Source: an uncultured delta proteobacterium (GTDB lineage: Bacteria > Desulfobacterota > RBG-13-43-22). From it: a stretch of DNA of 64,000 nt. Both the position numbers and the translations under genes were made by a program. Below the pieces are notes generated by a model that saw only the letters and a list, made by a program, of their open reading frames with translations, did no database searches and was not told the origin of the DNA. Positions within the stretch are counted from its first letter, which is position 1. Every line of letters starts with the position of its first letter. Of the stretch, positions 36,350 through 45,601 are shown in pieces. Where the stretch lies: contig CAVQFQ010000010.1 in assembly GCA_963711835.1 (NCBI GenBank), forward strand, positions 128,001 through 192,000. The letters run 5' to 3'.

Positions 36350-37652
36350 GATCTTCCAGAAAGTAAAAACCATGGGCCCAGCCAGTGTCTCTCGATGGTG
36401 GTCCATTCTTTTTCTGCTGCTGATCCTGATCGGCGCGGCCGCCTTTTGGTTCGGGATTTCCGGGCCAAGGGCTGTCAGGACCTGGCAGGTTTTCCTGATC
36501 AATTATCTCTTCTGGTCCGGCCTGGCTTTCGGCTCGGTGCTTATCTCGGCGGCTTTGGTCATCACCAAGGCCCGTTGGGGAAGGCCCGTAAAACGCCTGG
36601 CCGAGGCCCCGGCAGCCTTTCTACCCCTGTCCTTCCTGCTTTTTTGGGTCCTTTTCCCGGGCCGGGACATTCTCTTTCCCTGGATCCATGAGCCGCTGCC
36701 GGAAAAAACGGCCTGGTTGAATCCGGGATTTCTTTTTGCCCGGGACGGTTTTTCCCTTCTTCTGCTCACCTCCCTTTCGATCGCCCTGGTTTTTTTCTCC
36801 GTCCGCGGGGAGAGGTCCATCATCTCCGGGGGAGGTGAGGCCTGGCCGGCAGAGCGAAAGACGGGAGAGGAAAATCTGCGCAAACAGGCCATCCTCTCCC
36901 CGATTGTGGCCATCCTTTACGGGGTGGTCCTCAGCCTGATCGGTTTTGATCTGGTCATGTCCCTGGACCCTCACTGGTACAGCACCCTTTTCGGGATGTA
37001 TTTTTTCACCGGCAGTTTTTATACCGCCTTAGCCGCCCTGATGCTTCTATCCATCCTCTCGGTGAAAAAATGGGGCTTGGACGGGTTCATCCAAAAAAGG
37101 CAGTTCCATGACCTGGGGAAGCTGCTTCTGGGTTTCTGCCTGATAAACGGGGACTTTTTCTACTCCCAGTTCCTGGTCATCTGGTATGGAAACCTGCCGG
37201 AAGAGACCCGTTATGTGATTGCCCGGGTCAGCTTTCCTCCCTGGAACTCCCTGGCCTGGACCGTACTGGTCGTCTGTTTCGCCCTGCCTTTTGCCGTCCT
37301 CTTGAGCCGGAAGGCGAAGACGAGGTACTGGCAGATGCTGATTTTAAGCGGAATTATTTTGATCGGGATGTGGCTGGAACGGTTTCTCCTGGTTGCTCCC
37401 TCTCTCTGGAAAGGAAAGGATCTCCCCCTGGGCCTTTCGGAAGTCCTTATCAGCCTTGGCTTTCTGGGGCTGATGGCCTTGAGTATTCTCTGGTTTCTGA
37501 GGAGGTTCCCGATACTCCCCCTTTCAGACCCCCTTTTCCAGGAAAGCCTGGAAGGCCTGGCAACGTATTTTAATCCCAAAACCCCCTTCCCCTCTCTGGG
37601 AGAGGGTTGGGTTGAGGGTGAAGATAAAGGGTCAGGAGGAAGACCCGGATAA
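36333..37652 (+). CDS. actF: Alternative complex III subunit F
   Basis: DLVMSLDPHWYSTLFG, HDLGKLL, SQFLVIWYGNLPEE; RBS GAGGAG before ATG 36333. Confidence 0.85.
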   Translation: MNPRDEIFQKVKTMGPASVSRWWSILFLLLILIGAAAFWFGISGPRAVRTWQVFLINYLFWSGLAFGSVLISAALVITKARWGRPVKRLAEAPAAFLPLSFLLFWVLFPGRDILFPWIHEPLPEKTAWLNPGFLFARDGFSLLLLTSLSIALVFFSVRGERSIISGGGEAWPAERKTGEENLRKQAILSPIVAILYGVVLSLIGFDLVMSLDPHWYSTLFGMYFFTGSFYTALAALMLLSILSVKKWGLDGFIQKRQFHDLGKLLLGFCLINGDFFYSQFLVIWYGNLPEETRYVIARVSFPPWNSLAWTVLVVCFALPFAVLLSRKAKTRYWQMLILSGIILIGMWLERFLLVAPSLWKGKDLPLGLSEVLISLGFLGLMALSILWFLRRFPILPLSDPLFQESLEGLATYFNPKTPFPSLGEGWVEGEDKGSGGRPG

Positions 37653-37656
37653 GCCT

Positions 37657-38196
37657 ATGGCTCACCTTAACGAAAGAAGGTCAACCCAGTGGGGCAGGTG
37701 GGCGGTCTGGTTTTTGGCGGCGGTCCTGCTGGCGGGGGGGATGGTCTATTTTTATTACGGTTATCCCCGGAAAGGGATCGGGCCCCAGCAGCCCATTTCC
37801 TTCAGCCATCGGGTCCATGCCGGGGTCAAGGCCATCAACTGCCGGTTCTGCCACCCTTATGTGGAGCGGTCCGAACATGCCGGCCTGCCGGTCATGGAAA
37901 AATGCTTTTTCTGCCATAAATACATCATCCCCACCCATCCTGAGATCATCAAGGAGAAGGAGCATTACGAAACCTGGAATCCGGTCCCCTGGGTGCGGGT
38001 TTTTTACGTCCCTGATTTTGTCAAGTTCAGGCACCGGCCCCATATGCTCTTTGGAAAGCTGGACTGCAGTGCCTGCCACGGCCAGGTGGAGAGGATGGAT
38101 CGATTGCAGAAGACGCTCTTTAAAATGAAATTCTGCATTGACTGTCACAAGGAGAAAAAGGCCCAAACGGATTGCTGGCTGGCCTGCCATCATTAA
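37657..38196 (+). CDS. actA: Membrane-anchored multiheme cytochrome c (ActA/QrcA-like)
   Basis: One TM helix, QPISFSH..H; four CxxCH plus terminal CWLACH. Confidence 0.85.
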   Translation: MAHLNERRSTQWGRWAVWFLAAVLLAGGMVYFYYGYPRKGIGPQQPISFSHRVHAGVKAINCRFCHPYVERSEHAGLPVMEKCFFCHKYIIPTHPEIIKEKEHYETWNPVPWVRVFYVPDFVKFRHRPHMLFGKLDCSACHGQVERMDRLQKTLFKMKFCIDCHKEKKAQTDCWLACHH

Positions 38197-38299
38197 AGGC
38201 CGCAAGGCGTGAGGGGGGTGAGGAAATAAGGCCGTTCGGAGTCGGGGGTTCGGAGAAAAAAGATAAGGCCATAGGAAGCAGGGAGGAGGAGATGAGGGA

Positions 38300-39694
38300 G
38301 TGAATCTGTTTAGAGAAGAAAACTACGGGACGGTCAAGGCTTATTTTTTAAGCTCGGCCTTCTGGTTTGTCATCGGCACCTCCATCGGGTTCATCGATGC
38401 CACCCATCTGGTAGCCCCGGACCTCCTGGGAAACATCTCCTGGCTGGTCTTCGGCAGGACCCGTCCGATGCACACCAATATCGTCATCTTCGGCTTTATC
38501 GGCACCGCCTTGCTGGGATCGGCCTTTTATATGCTTCCCACCCTTTTACAGGCGTCCCTTTATAGCGAGCGACTGGGAAAGCTTTCCCTCTGGATCCTGA
38601 ATCTAAGCATAGCCTCGGGGACTATCACCCTCGCCCTGGGGTATTCCCAGGGCCGGGAATATGCGGAATGGATCTGGCCGGTCGATATGGGGATTCTTCT
38701 GACCTTCACCTTGATTTTCTATAACCTTTTTCGGACGGCCGGAAATCGTCGGGAAAAGACCCTCTATGTGTCCAACTGGTATATCTTTGCCGGCCTGATT
38801 TACATCTTTCTGATCTATTTCTTTGGAAACGCCGTCTGGCACCCCTCCACTGGGGCCATCACCGGCATGCCCGACGCCGTACTGGCCTGGTTTTACGGCC
38901 ACGGCGTGGTCGGCTTATTCCTGACCCCCCTGGCTGTGGCCCTTTCTTATTATATGATCCCGATCGTCTGCCGCACACCTCTTTACAGCCACTCCCTGTC
39001 CCTGGTCGGTTTCTGGACCATCCTGGTCCTTTACACCCACATCGGCGCCCATCATCTCCTGCAGACCCCGGTACCCACCTGGTTGAAAGTGGTGGCCATT
39101 ACCGGCAGCCTGGGTATGTTCATCCCGGTGATGACCGTCTTGATCAATCTCTGGCTGACCATGCGCGGCCGCCTGGGTTTGATCCATTCCGATATAGGCG
39201 GAAAGTTCGTCATGGCCGGCCTGGTCTGGTATCTCTTTGTCTGCATTCAGGGTCCCCTGCAATCGTTGCCTGTTATTCAAAGGGTTACCCATCTCAATAA
39301 CTGGGTCATCGCCCATGCCCACATGGGCGTCCTGGGCTTTTCCGGCACCATCGCCCTGGGCGGCATTTATTTTATCCTGCCCCGAATAACCGGCCGGCCC
39401 CTGTATAACCCCCGCTGGGCCGACATCCAGTACTGGCTGGTGCTGATCGGCATGGCCGGATTTCTCATGGTCTTGACTGCGGCCGGCCTGATCCAAGGCA
39501 ATGCCTGGCTGAGCGGCCAGGCGGTCTATAAGGTGTTGCCTGAGATCCATGTTTACATGGTCCTTCGGGCCGCCATAGGCCTTCTGATCGTCAGTGGGGC
39601 CGTCTTAGGTCTTGTTAATATTTTCAAGACTATTCACGGGCCTTCCCGGGTGGAGGGTCCCCCGGCCTCTGGTGGAGAGGGGATGAACCCATGA
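38300..39694 (+). CDS. ccoN: cbb3-type (C-family) heme-copper oxidase subunit I
   Basis: FGRTRPMHTN, REYAE, WFYGH, Y...GAHH, HAH ligand motifs. Confidence 0.85.
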   Translation: MNLFREENYGTVKAYFLSSAFWFVIGTSIGFIDATHLVAPDLLGNISWLVFGRTRPMHTNIVIFGFIGTALLGSAFYMLPTLLQASLYSERLGKLSLWILNLSIASGTITLALGYSQGREYAEWIWPVDMGILLTFTLIFYNLFRTAGNRREKTLYVSNWYIFAGLIYIFLIYFFGNAVWHPSTGAITGMPDAVLAWFYGHGVVGLFLTPLAVALSYYMIPIVCRTPLYSHSLSLVGFWTILVLYTHIGAHHLLQTPVPTWLKVVAITGSLGMFIPVMTVLINLWLTMRGRLGLIHSDIGGKFVMAGLVWYLFVCIQGPLQSLPVIQRVTHLNNWVIAHAHMGVLGFSGTIALGGIYFILPRITGRPLYNPRWADIQYWLVLIGMAGFLMVLTAAGLIQGNAWLSGQAVYKVLPEIHVYMVLRAAIGLLIVSGAVLGLVNIFKTIHGPSRVEGPPASGGEGMNP

Positions 39695-40671
39695 AAATGA
39701 CCCCGAGCCTGATCATTTTCGGGGGCCTGATCATCTTTGCTTCCGTATTGTTCGTGGCCGTCATTTTGCCTTGGACCACCATAAGCGAACAGCCTTCGGC
39801 CATCTTTCGCGCCCGGACCTCCCTGGAGGCCCGGGGACGGGAGGTCTATGTCCGGAACGGCTGTACCTATTGCCACACCCAGTTTGTGCGTGATATCGAT
39901 TGGGATCTGGGTGCTGAAAGGATCGCCCTCTCCGGCGACTATGTCCAGGATCAGCCCCACCTGGTGGGGACGGAACGGACGGGTCCCGACCTCTCCCAGG
40001 AGGGCGGTGAGCACCCGGATGACTGGCACCTGGCCCATTTTATCAACCCCAGGTTTGTCAGACCGGAATCGATCATGCCTTCCTGGCAGTTTCTGGGGGA
40101 GAAAAAGATTAAGGCCCTGATTGCCTATAAACAAAGCCTGGGATATCGGATGGCGGACTTCCGGGTCCAGCGGCAGAAGTATTGGAAAGAGAGGGCCGTT
40201 AAGGCCTACGAGTCCGGGCCTGACGAGAATATCAACTGGCTGCACCAAATGATCCCCGAGCCCTGGAGAAAGCTGCCCAACCCCTATCCGACCACCGAAG
40301 CTGGACTGCAACGGGGGCACAAAATTTATCAGAGTTTTTGTATCGGCTGTCACGGCCCGATCGGCGACGGCATGGGGCCGGCCGAGCCCTACCTCTATCC
40401 CCCGCCGCTTAATTTTACCCTTCTGGCGAACAGGGAGATCTCAGGGGGGATCCTCTATTACCAGATCATGAACGGGATTACCGGAACGGCCATGCCTTAT
40501 TTTAAAAAGGAGCTGGAATCAGCCAAGATTTGGGAGGTTGGCGATTATGTGGCGGTTTATTTCATAGGCCGGAGCGACGCCAATAAGGAGCCCAGAGGGA
40601 TCGACGCCTCCTATGAACCGCCCGGGAATGAAACCTTTTCCAAGGCCCCGGTCCGGGAGAAGGGGAAATAG
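39691..40671 (+). CDS. ccoO: cbb3 oxidase subunit II fused to a second c-heme domain
   Basis: GC.YCHTQ.VR, RTGPDL, S.MP; second CIGCH with GTAMP. Confidence 0.85.
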   Translation: MKMTPSLIIFGGLIIFASVLFVAVILPWTTISEQPSAIFRARTSLEARGREVYVRNGCTYCHTQFVRDIDWDLGAERIALSGDYVQDQPHLVGTERTGPDLSQEGGEHPDDWHLAHFINPRFVRPESIMPSWQFLGEKKIKALIAYKQSLGYRMADFRVQRQKYWKERAVKAYESGPDENINWLHQMIPEPWRKLPNPYPTTEAGLQRGHKIYQSFCIGCHGPIGDGMGPAEPYLYPPPLNFTLLANREISGGILYYQIMNGITGTAMPYFKKELESAKIWEVGDYVAVYFIGRSDANKEPRGIDASYEPPGNETFSKAPVREKGK

Positions 40672-40674
40672 ACC

Positions 40675-40929
40675 ATGTATCTTTTAGGTTGGATTATTCT
40701 GGTCAGCCTAAGCCTCTGGGTCAGCCTGGCGGCTTTTCTCTGGGGGCTGCAGAGCGGCCAGTTTTCAGACCAGGAAAGAGCCCGCTATCTGCCCCTGCGC
40801 GATCAATTTCCCAGGCCGGCGGTTAAGGATCCGGCCAGGTGGACTATCGAGGTTTATGTCCTGCTGTCCATCGGAGTGGTGGTGCTGGGGGGCATGGCGG
40901 TTTCAGTATTTCTGAGTTTCTTCAGGTAA
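40675..40929 (+). CDS. ccoS: cbb3 oxidase assembly protein CcoS-like
   Basis: FLWGLQSGQFSD.ERARY motif after a TM helix. Confidence 0.75.
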   Translation: MYLLGWIILVSLSLWVSLAAFLWGLQSGQFSDQERARYLPLRDQFPRPAVKDPARWTIEVYVLLSIGVVVLGGMAVSVFLSFFR

Positions 40930-40946
40930 AAAAGAAAGGCCGGGTT

Positions 40947-41228
40947 ATGCAATTTTTCCCTCTGTTGACCTTTCAGGAAATGGCCCTGGCCTTTTTTCTG
41001 GGTCTGGGTACGGTCCTCCTTATTTATCTGGCCTGGGGGAGTTATCCTAAACGCCGGTTGGAGGATACCTGCCGGGAGGAAAGGGAGGAAGGCCATGAGC
41101 CTGAAAGCGGACCCGAGGCGCCCGATCATCCCGTTCCTCCTTTTCTCATTTTCGTGTATATCGGTGTTGCGGTCTGGATCCTGGCCTACCTGATTTTTAT
41201 CGGTCTGAGGGTCAAGGCTATTGGATGA
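40947..41228 (+). CDS. Small two-TM hypothetical protein in the oxidase operon
   Basis: Two hydrophobic segments around an acidic loop; tight gene packing. Confidence 0.65.
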   Translation: MQFFPLLTFQEMALAFFLGLGTVLLIYLAWGSYPKRRLEDTCREEREEGHEPESGPEAPDHPVPPFLIFVYIGVAVWILAYLIFIGLRVKAIG

Positions 41229-41231
41229 TTT

Positions 41232-41546
41232 GTGATCAAGGAGGCGATTCTAAAAGCCGTGAGGATTAAGGAAAGCAAAGAAGAATCGACAGTCCGAAGC
41301 TGGGTCATTGTCCTGTCCATAGCTGTTTCCTTTCTGATTTGGGGACTGGTCATTTTCTATGCAGTCGGGACAAGCTGGCCCCCACCCTGGCGTTACGGGA
41401 CTGTGGCCGATGTGCCGGGCCAATCCATCTATTCGGTTGGTGAGGCGGAAAAGCCGGCCGGGACGGCTCTGAAGGAAAAGGAGAAAATCCGGGAACAGCA
41501 CGTCAGGGGTTCCCGGGAAGGATCCGGAGGATCCCTGGCCAAATGA
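41232..41546 (+). CDS. Small single-TM hypothetical protein
   Basis: One TM helix then PPPWRYGTVADVPGQS; ATGA overlap with the next gene. Confidence 0.6.
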   Translation: MIKEAILKAVRIKESKEESTVRSWVIVLSIAVSFLIWGLVIFYAVGTSWPPPWRYGTVADVPGQSIYSVGEAEKPAGTALKEKEKIREQHVRGSREGSGGSLAK

Positions 41547-42076
41547 AGATCCTCAATTTATTTTGGAGAAAAAAATTTTTATTCCTGGGTATTTTCCTGG
41601 GCCTGTCAGCCGGACTGCTTTTATTACTTTCAATCGTATACAGTTTCCGGTTCTTCCGGATGTGGGATGACGAGGCCCTGAATACCTTCCAGGTTTCCCT
41701 GCCGGTCATGCCCCGGGGCACCATCCCGGTCGGTGGAGGGATAGCCCTTTTGAGAAATGCAGGTCCGAAACAGCTGATCAACCCGTTGCCCATTTCCCCG
41801 GCGGTCATAGAGCGGGGAAGGATAAGTTATAAGTACTATTGCATCCATTGCCATGGGACCGGATTCGACGGCCAGGCCACGGTGGGACAAAGCTTTTATC
41901 CCTTACCGACCTATCTCCTGGGCCCAAAGGTGATGGACCAGAGCGATGGAGAGCTTTTTTATAAAATCAGCCTGGGCTATAAGAGGGAACCGCCTTTGTA
42001 TGACACCGTGGCGGTCCATGACCGCTGGGCCGTCATCAACTATCTGCGGACTCTGGCTAAGAGGAGCAGCCGATGA
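41543..42076 (+). CDS. Monoheme cytochrome c, ActE-like
   Basis: MP.GTIP, NPLP, CIHCHG, SDGELF..I..G, DRWAVINYLR. Confidence 0.75.
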   Translation: MKILNLFWRKKFLFLGIFLGLSAGLLLLLSIVYSFRFFRMWDDEALNTFQVSLPVMPRGTIPVGGGIALLRNAGPKQLINPLPISPAVIERGRISYKYYCIHCHGTGFDGQATVGQSFYPLPTYLLGPKVMDQSDGELFYKISLGYKREPPLYDTVAVHDRWAVINYLRTLAKRSSR

Positions 42077-42771
42077 CCTTGGAACTTCTGGCCCCTTTCC
42101 TGATCGGACTTTTCGGAAGCCTCCACTGCCTGGGGATGTGCGGTCCTCTGGTCATAGCCTACTCCCTGCACATCAAAACCCCTGAACCTCGGGCCATAGT
42201 CCTTAATCCGTCTCCCTGGGCCAGGGGATTTTCTCATCACCTGGCCTATCATTTCGGAAGGCTCACGACCTACGGGATTTTGGGCGCTTTGGCCGCTGGT
42301 CTTGTTAATATCGCCGGCTTTAATTTATTTCTGAATTTCCGCGGCGGGGCCATCCTGGTCGGCGGTCTCCTGATCATCCTGATGGGACTGATGTTCCTCA
42401 AGGTGATCCCTTTATCCGGTGCATTGGCCCGGTTCTCCCTGGCCCCTTCATCCCTGTGGGACCGTTGGCTTCCTCCTCTGTTTCAATCCCCCGGTCCCAT
42501 TTCCAAGATAGGCCTGGGACTGGCCGGCGGGCTCCTGCCCTGCTGCCTCTCCGGTTCCATGCTCATCAAAGCGGCGACCACTGAAAATATGGCGCAAGGA
42601 TTTATGACCATGGCGGCCTTCGGCCTGGGCACCGTGCCCGCCCTCCTGGCCGCAGGCATCTCCGCCTCCCTGTTAACCCTGCGGACGAAGATCATCGGAG
42701 AAAGGATAGCCGCCCTTTCGGTGATAGCCATGGGGTTGATGCTGATCTTCCAGGGTGCGAAGCTCCTCTAA
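42073..42771 (+). CDS. DsbD_2 / TauE-SafE-like membrane protein (cbb3 maturation)
   Basis: GSLHCLGMCGP, GLLPC, FGLGTVP. Confidence 0.85.
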   Translation: MTLELLAPFLIGLFGSLHCLGMCGPLVIAYSLHIKTPEPRAIVLNPSPWARGFSHHLAYHFGRLTTYGILGALAAGLVNIAGFNLFLNFRGGAILVGGLLIILMGLMFLKVIPLSGALARFSLAPSSLWDRWLPPLFQSPGPISKIGLGLAGGLLPCCLSGSMLIKAATTENMAQGFMTMAAFGLGTVPALLAAGISASLLTLRTKIIGERIAALSVIAMGLMLIFQGAKLL

Positions 42772-42830
42772 CAGGTTGAATGGGTGAGGTAGTGCTGAAG
42801 TGCTAAGCTGCTGCCGTGCAGAAGAACTAC

Positions 42831-42872
42831 AGTTTTGAGTTTTCAGCTATGAGCTGTGAGCTACCAGTTATG
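42831..42872 (+). repeat. Six imperfect heptamer tandem repeats
   Basis: AGTTTTG AGTTTTC AGCTATG AGCTGTG AGCTACC AGTTATG. Confidence 0.6.
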
Positions 42873-42883
42873 AGACAATTGCT

Positions 42884-45487
42884 ATGAGCTTTTTGGAATG
42901 CAAACTTTGCGGTTTGCCTGTTGGTCGTTCGGGAGTACAGGAAAAGCGAGGGGAAAAAGTTTTCCATTTCTGCTGTTTCGGCTGCCAACAGGTGTTCCGT
43001 ATCCTTTCCAGCCTTCCCGGAGGTCCGCCGTCCGACTTTAAAAACTCGGACCTTTATCGCCTCTGTGCGGCCTCTGAGCTGATCGGCAGGAAGGATGAAG
43101 ACCAGGAAAGAAGCATGGCTCAAGGTAAGGAAGCAGGTCCGACAGCCCTGAAAGCCTCCGGCCTGGAAGAAGCTCTGGCCAAAGAATTGATCCTAAAACT
43201 TGAGGGGATGTGGTGTAGTGCCTGTTCCTGGTTGATTGAAAGTGTATTGAGCCGGACTCGGGGGGTATTGGAGGTAAAGGCTCTGTTCGCCTCCGATCTG
43301 GTCCGGATTAAATACCTTCCTCATCAGGTGACGATAGAGGAAATCCAGGACCGGATTTCCAACCTGGGATATCGGCCTTCCTCCTTTCAGGATCCAGCGG
43401 ATGCTTCAGCGGAAAGAAAAAAAGTACAATTGCGTCTTGGTATTTCCTCTATTCTGACGGTCCAAGTTATGATGATCTCCTTAGCCCTTTACGGCGGCTT
43501 TTTTCAGGATCTGGGGAACGAGGCCATTCTCTATCTCTCCTATCCCCTGTGGATCCTGACTACCCCGGTCCTTATTTATGGAGGATTCCCCATTTTTAAA
43601 AAAGCCCTGGCCGGATTGCGCTATGGAAATCCATCCATGGAAGTCCTTATTTCCATCGGCGCCCTGTCGGCCTATTTTTACAGCCTCATCCAGATGAGTC
43701 GAGGCAGTCTGCACCTTTATTTCGATACGGCCGCTATGCTGATCGTCTTGGTCCTCCTGGGAAAGTATCTGGAGGCCCAGGCCAAGGAAAGGATTTCCCA
43801 AGGTATTATGGAACTCTATCAACTGGCCAATCAAAAAGTGCGAATCTTGACGGAAAGAGGGGAGGAATGGCGAGCGGCCGAGGAGGTGCAACCCGGGGAC
43901 GAATTACAGGTCTTGGCTGGGGAAAGGGTCCCCGTAGACGGCCGGATCCTTTTCGGACGGGCCAATATGGATGAATCCTATTTGACCGGGGAGTCGCGTC
44001 CGATAAAAAAAGGGCCCAAGGACGAGGTCCGAGCAGGCGCTTTGCTTCTCGACAACCAGCTGAATATCCGGGCCACCCGCGTGGGGGCTGAGAGTTCTAT
44101 TGGTCAGATCATTACTTTGATGCAGGAGGGCCTGTCCAGGAAGACCGCTGTCGAACTTTTTGCCGATCGGCTGACCCGCTGGGTCGTACCTTCACTCTTA
44201 GGCTTAGCCACCGGAACCGCGTTGGTTCTGGCCTATCACGGCCATTCGTTGGAGGAGAGTCTGCTGCGGGCCTTAACGATACTGGTCATTTCCTGCCCCT
44301 GTGCCCTGGGGATTGCCACCCCTCTGGCCAAGGTGGCGTCCATCGGCGTCGGTCGAACAAAAGGAATCCTCATCCGGGATCCGGCGGCCCTGGAAAAAAT
44401 AAGAAAGTTGGACGTCTTGATCTTCGATAAGACCGGGACCTTGACCGAAGGCCGTTTTTCCTTACGTGAAATGGTTTGCCTCGAAGGCTCCAGGGAAGAG
44501 GCCTTGCAAAGAATTGCTTCGGTTGAGTCCTTTTCCGATCACTTCCTGGCCCGGGAGATTCAAACCCAGGCCCGAGAGTTTTCCTTGAGCTTAGGGGAAG
44601 TGAAAGACTTCGAGATCCTGACTGGTTTGGGGGTCAACGGAGTAGTTGCAGGCATTGAGGTGGTCGTCGGGAATCGAAACCTGATGCAGTCTCGGGGGCT
44701 GAAACTTCCACTGACTTTTGAGTCTCAGGCAAGGGTCCTATCGAACGGGGGAGCGACTATCGTCTTTTTCGGCTGGGAGGGGCAGGTTCAGGGATTCCTG
44801 GCCTTTGGGGATGCGCTAAAGGAAACGGCCCGTGAGGCCGTTTCGGGCCTTCAAGAAAAAGGTTTTCAGATCTGGATGGTTTCCGGAGACTCCATAGAGA
44901 CTACCGGGGCCATCGCCCGGGAACTGGAAGTGGGACCTTCTATCGGGCAGGCCCTGGCCCAGGACAAGGTCCGCATCATTAAAGATCTCCAGCAGAAAGG
45001 ACATCGGGTGGGCATGATTGGGGACGGGCTTAACGACGCAGCGGCCCTGGCCCAGGCGGATGTGGGCTTTGCTCTGGGGACCAGGGCCGGAATTCTTTCG
45101 GAGGCCTCGGATATCACTCTATTAACCGATGATCCCCTAAAGATCCGGGATGTGCTACACCTTTCCACTCTGAGTTTTACGATTATTCGACAAAACCTCC
45201 TTTTTGCTTTTTTTTATAATATACTTGGAATTCCTCTGGCCATGACCGGTATGTTAAACCCTTTGATTGCGGTTCTGGCCATGTTTGCCAGCAGCCTGAC
45301 CGTGGTCGGGAACACTCTGAGAATTTATAAAGGTTCAGGTGAAAAGATTGGGAAAACCCATTCAATCGACCCGGCAGTTCAACACGTCGGGCAAGAGGGA
45401 CCCAAGATGGCAGCGGTACTGCCAACAGTCCGGCCCGCGGAATGCTTGAATCCGGAGACCGGGATCCAGTCTGGAACGCTCCTGTAG
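42884..45487 (+). CDS. ccoI: CcoI/FixI-type copper P1B ATPase
   Basis: C..CG...FCC.GC N-terminus, HMA motif CSAC, TGES, CPC, DKTGT, GDGLND; located in the cco cluster. Confidence 0.88.
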   Translation: MSFLECKLCGLPVGRSGVQEKRGEKVFHFCCFGCQQVFRILSSLPGGPPSDFKNSDLYRLCAASELIGRKDEDQERSMAQGKEAGPTALKASGLEEALAKELILKLEGMWCSACSWLIESVLSRTRGVLEVKALFASDLVRIKYLPHQVTIEEIQDRISNLGYRPSSFQDPADASAERKKVQLRLGISSILTVQVMMISLALYGGFFQDLGNEAILYLSYPLWILTTPVLIYGGFPIFKKALAGLRYGNPSMEVLISIGALSAYFYSLIQMSRGSLHLYFDTAAMLIVLVLLGKYLEAQAKERISQGIMELYQLANQKVRILTERGEEWRAAEEVQPGDELQVLAGERVPVDGRILFGRANMDESYLTGESRPIKKGPKDEVRAGALLLDNQLNIRATRVGAESSIGQIITLMQEGLSRKTAVELFADRLTRWVVPSLLGLATGTALVLAYHGHSLEESLLRALTILVISCPCALGIATPLAKVASIGVGRTKGILIRDPAALEKIRKLDVLIFDKTGTLTEGRFSLREMVCLEGSREEALQRIASVESFSDHFLAREIQTQAREFSLSLGEVKDFEILTGLGVNGVVAGIEVVVGNRNLMQSRGLKLPLTFESQARVLSNGGATIVFFGWEGQVQGFLAFGDALKETAREAVSGLQEKGFQIWMVSGDSIETTGAIARELEVGPSIGQALAQDKVRIIKDLQQKGHRVGMIGDGLNDAAALAQADVGFALGTRAGILSEASDITLLTDDPLKIRDVLHLSTLSFTIIRQNLLFAFFYNILGIPLAMTGMLNPLIAVLAMFASSLTVVGNTLRIYKGSGEKIGKTHSIDPAVQHVGQEGPKMAAVLPTVRPAECLNPETGIQSGTLL

Positions 45488-45601
45488 GCGCAACTTGAAA
45501 TCTATTCAATATCCGATGCTGGCCTATTCCTTATCGCTTCCGGCTGGTCCCATTTTTCAAAGATCTTCGATCCGGTCTCCGGAAAACGGTGGTTTAAATT
45601 T

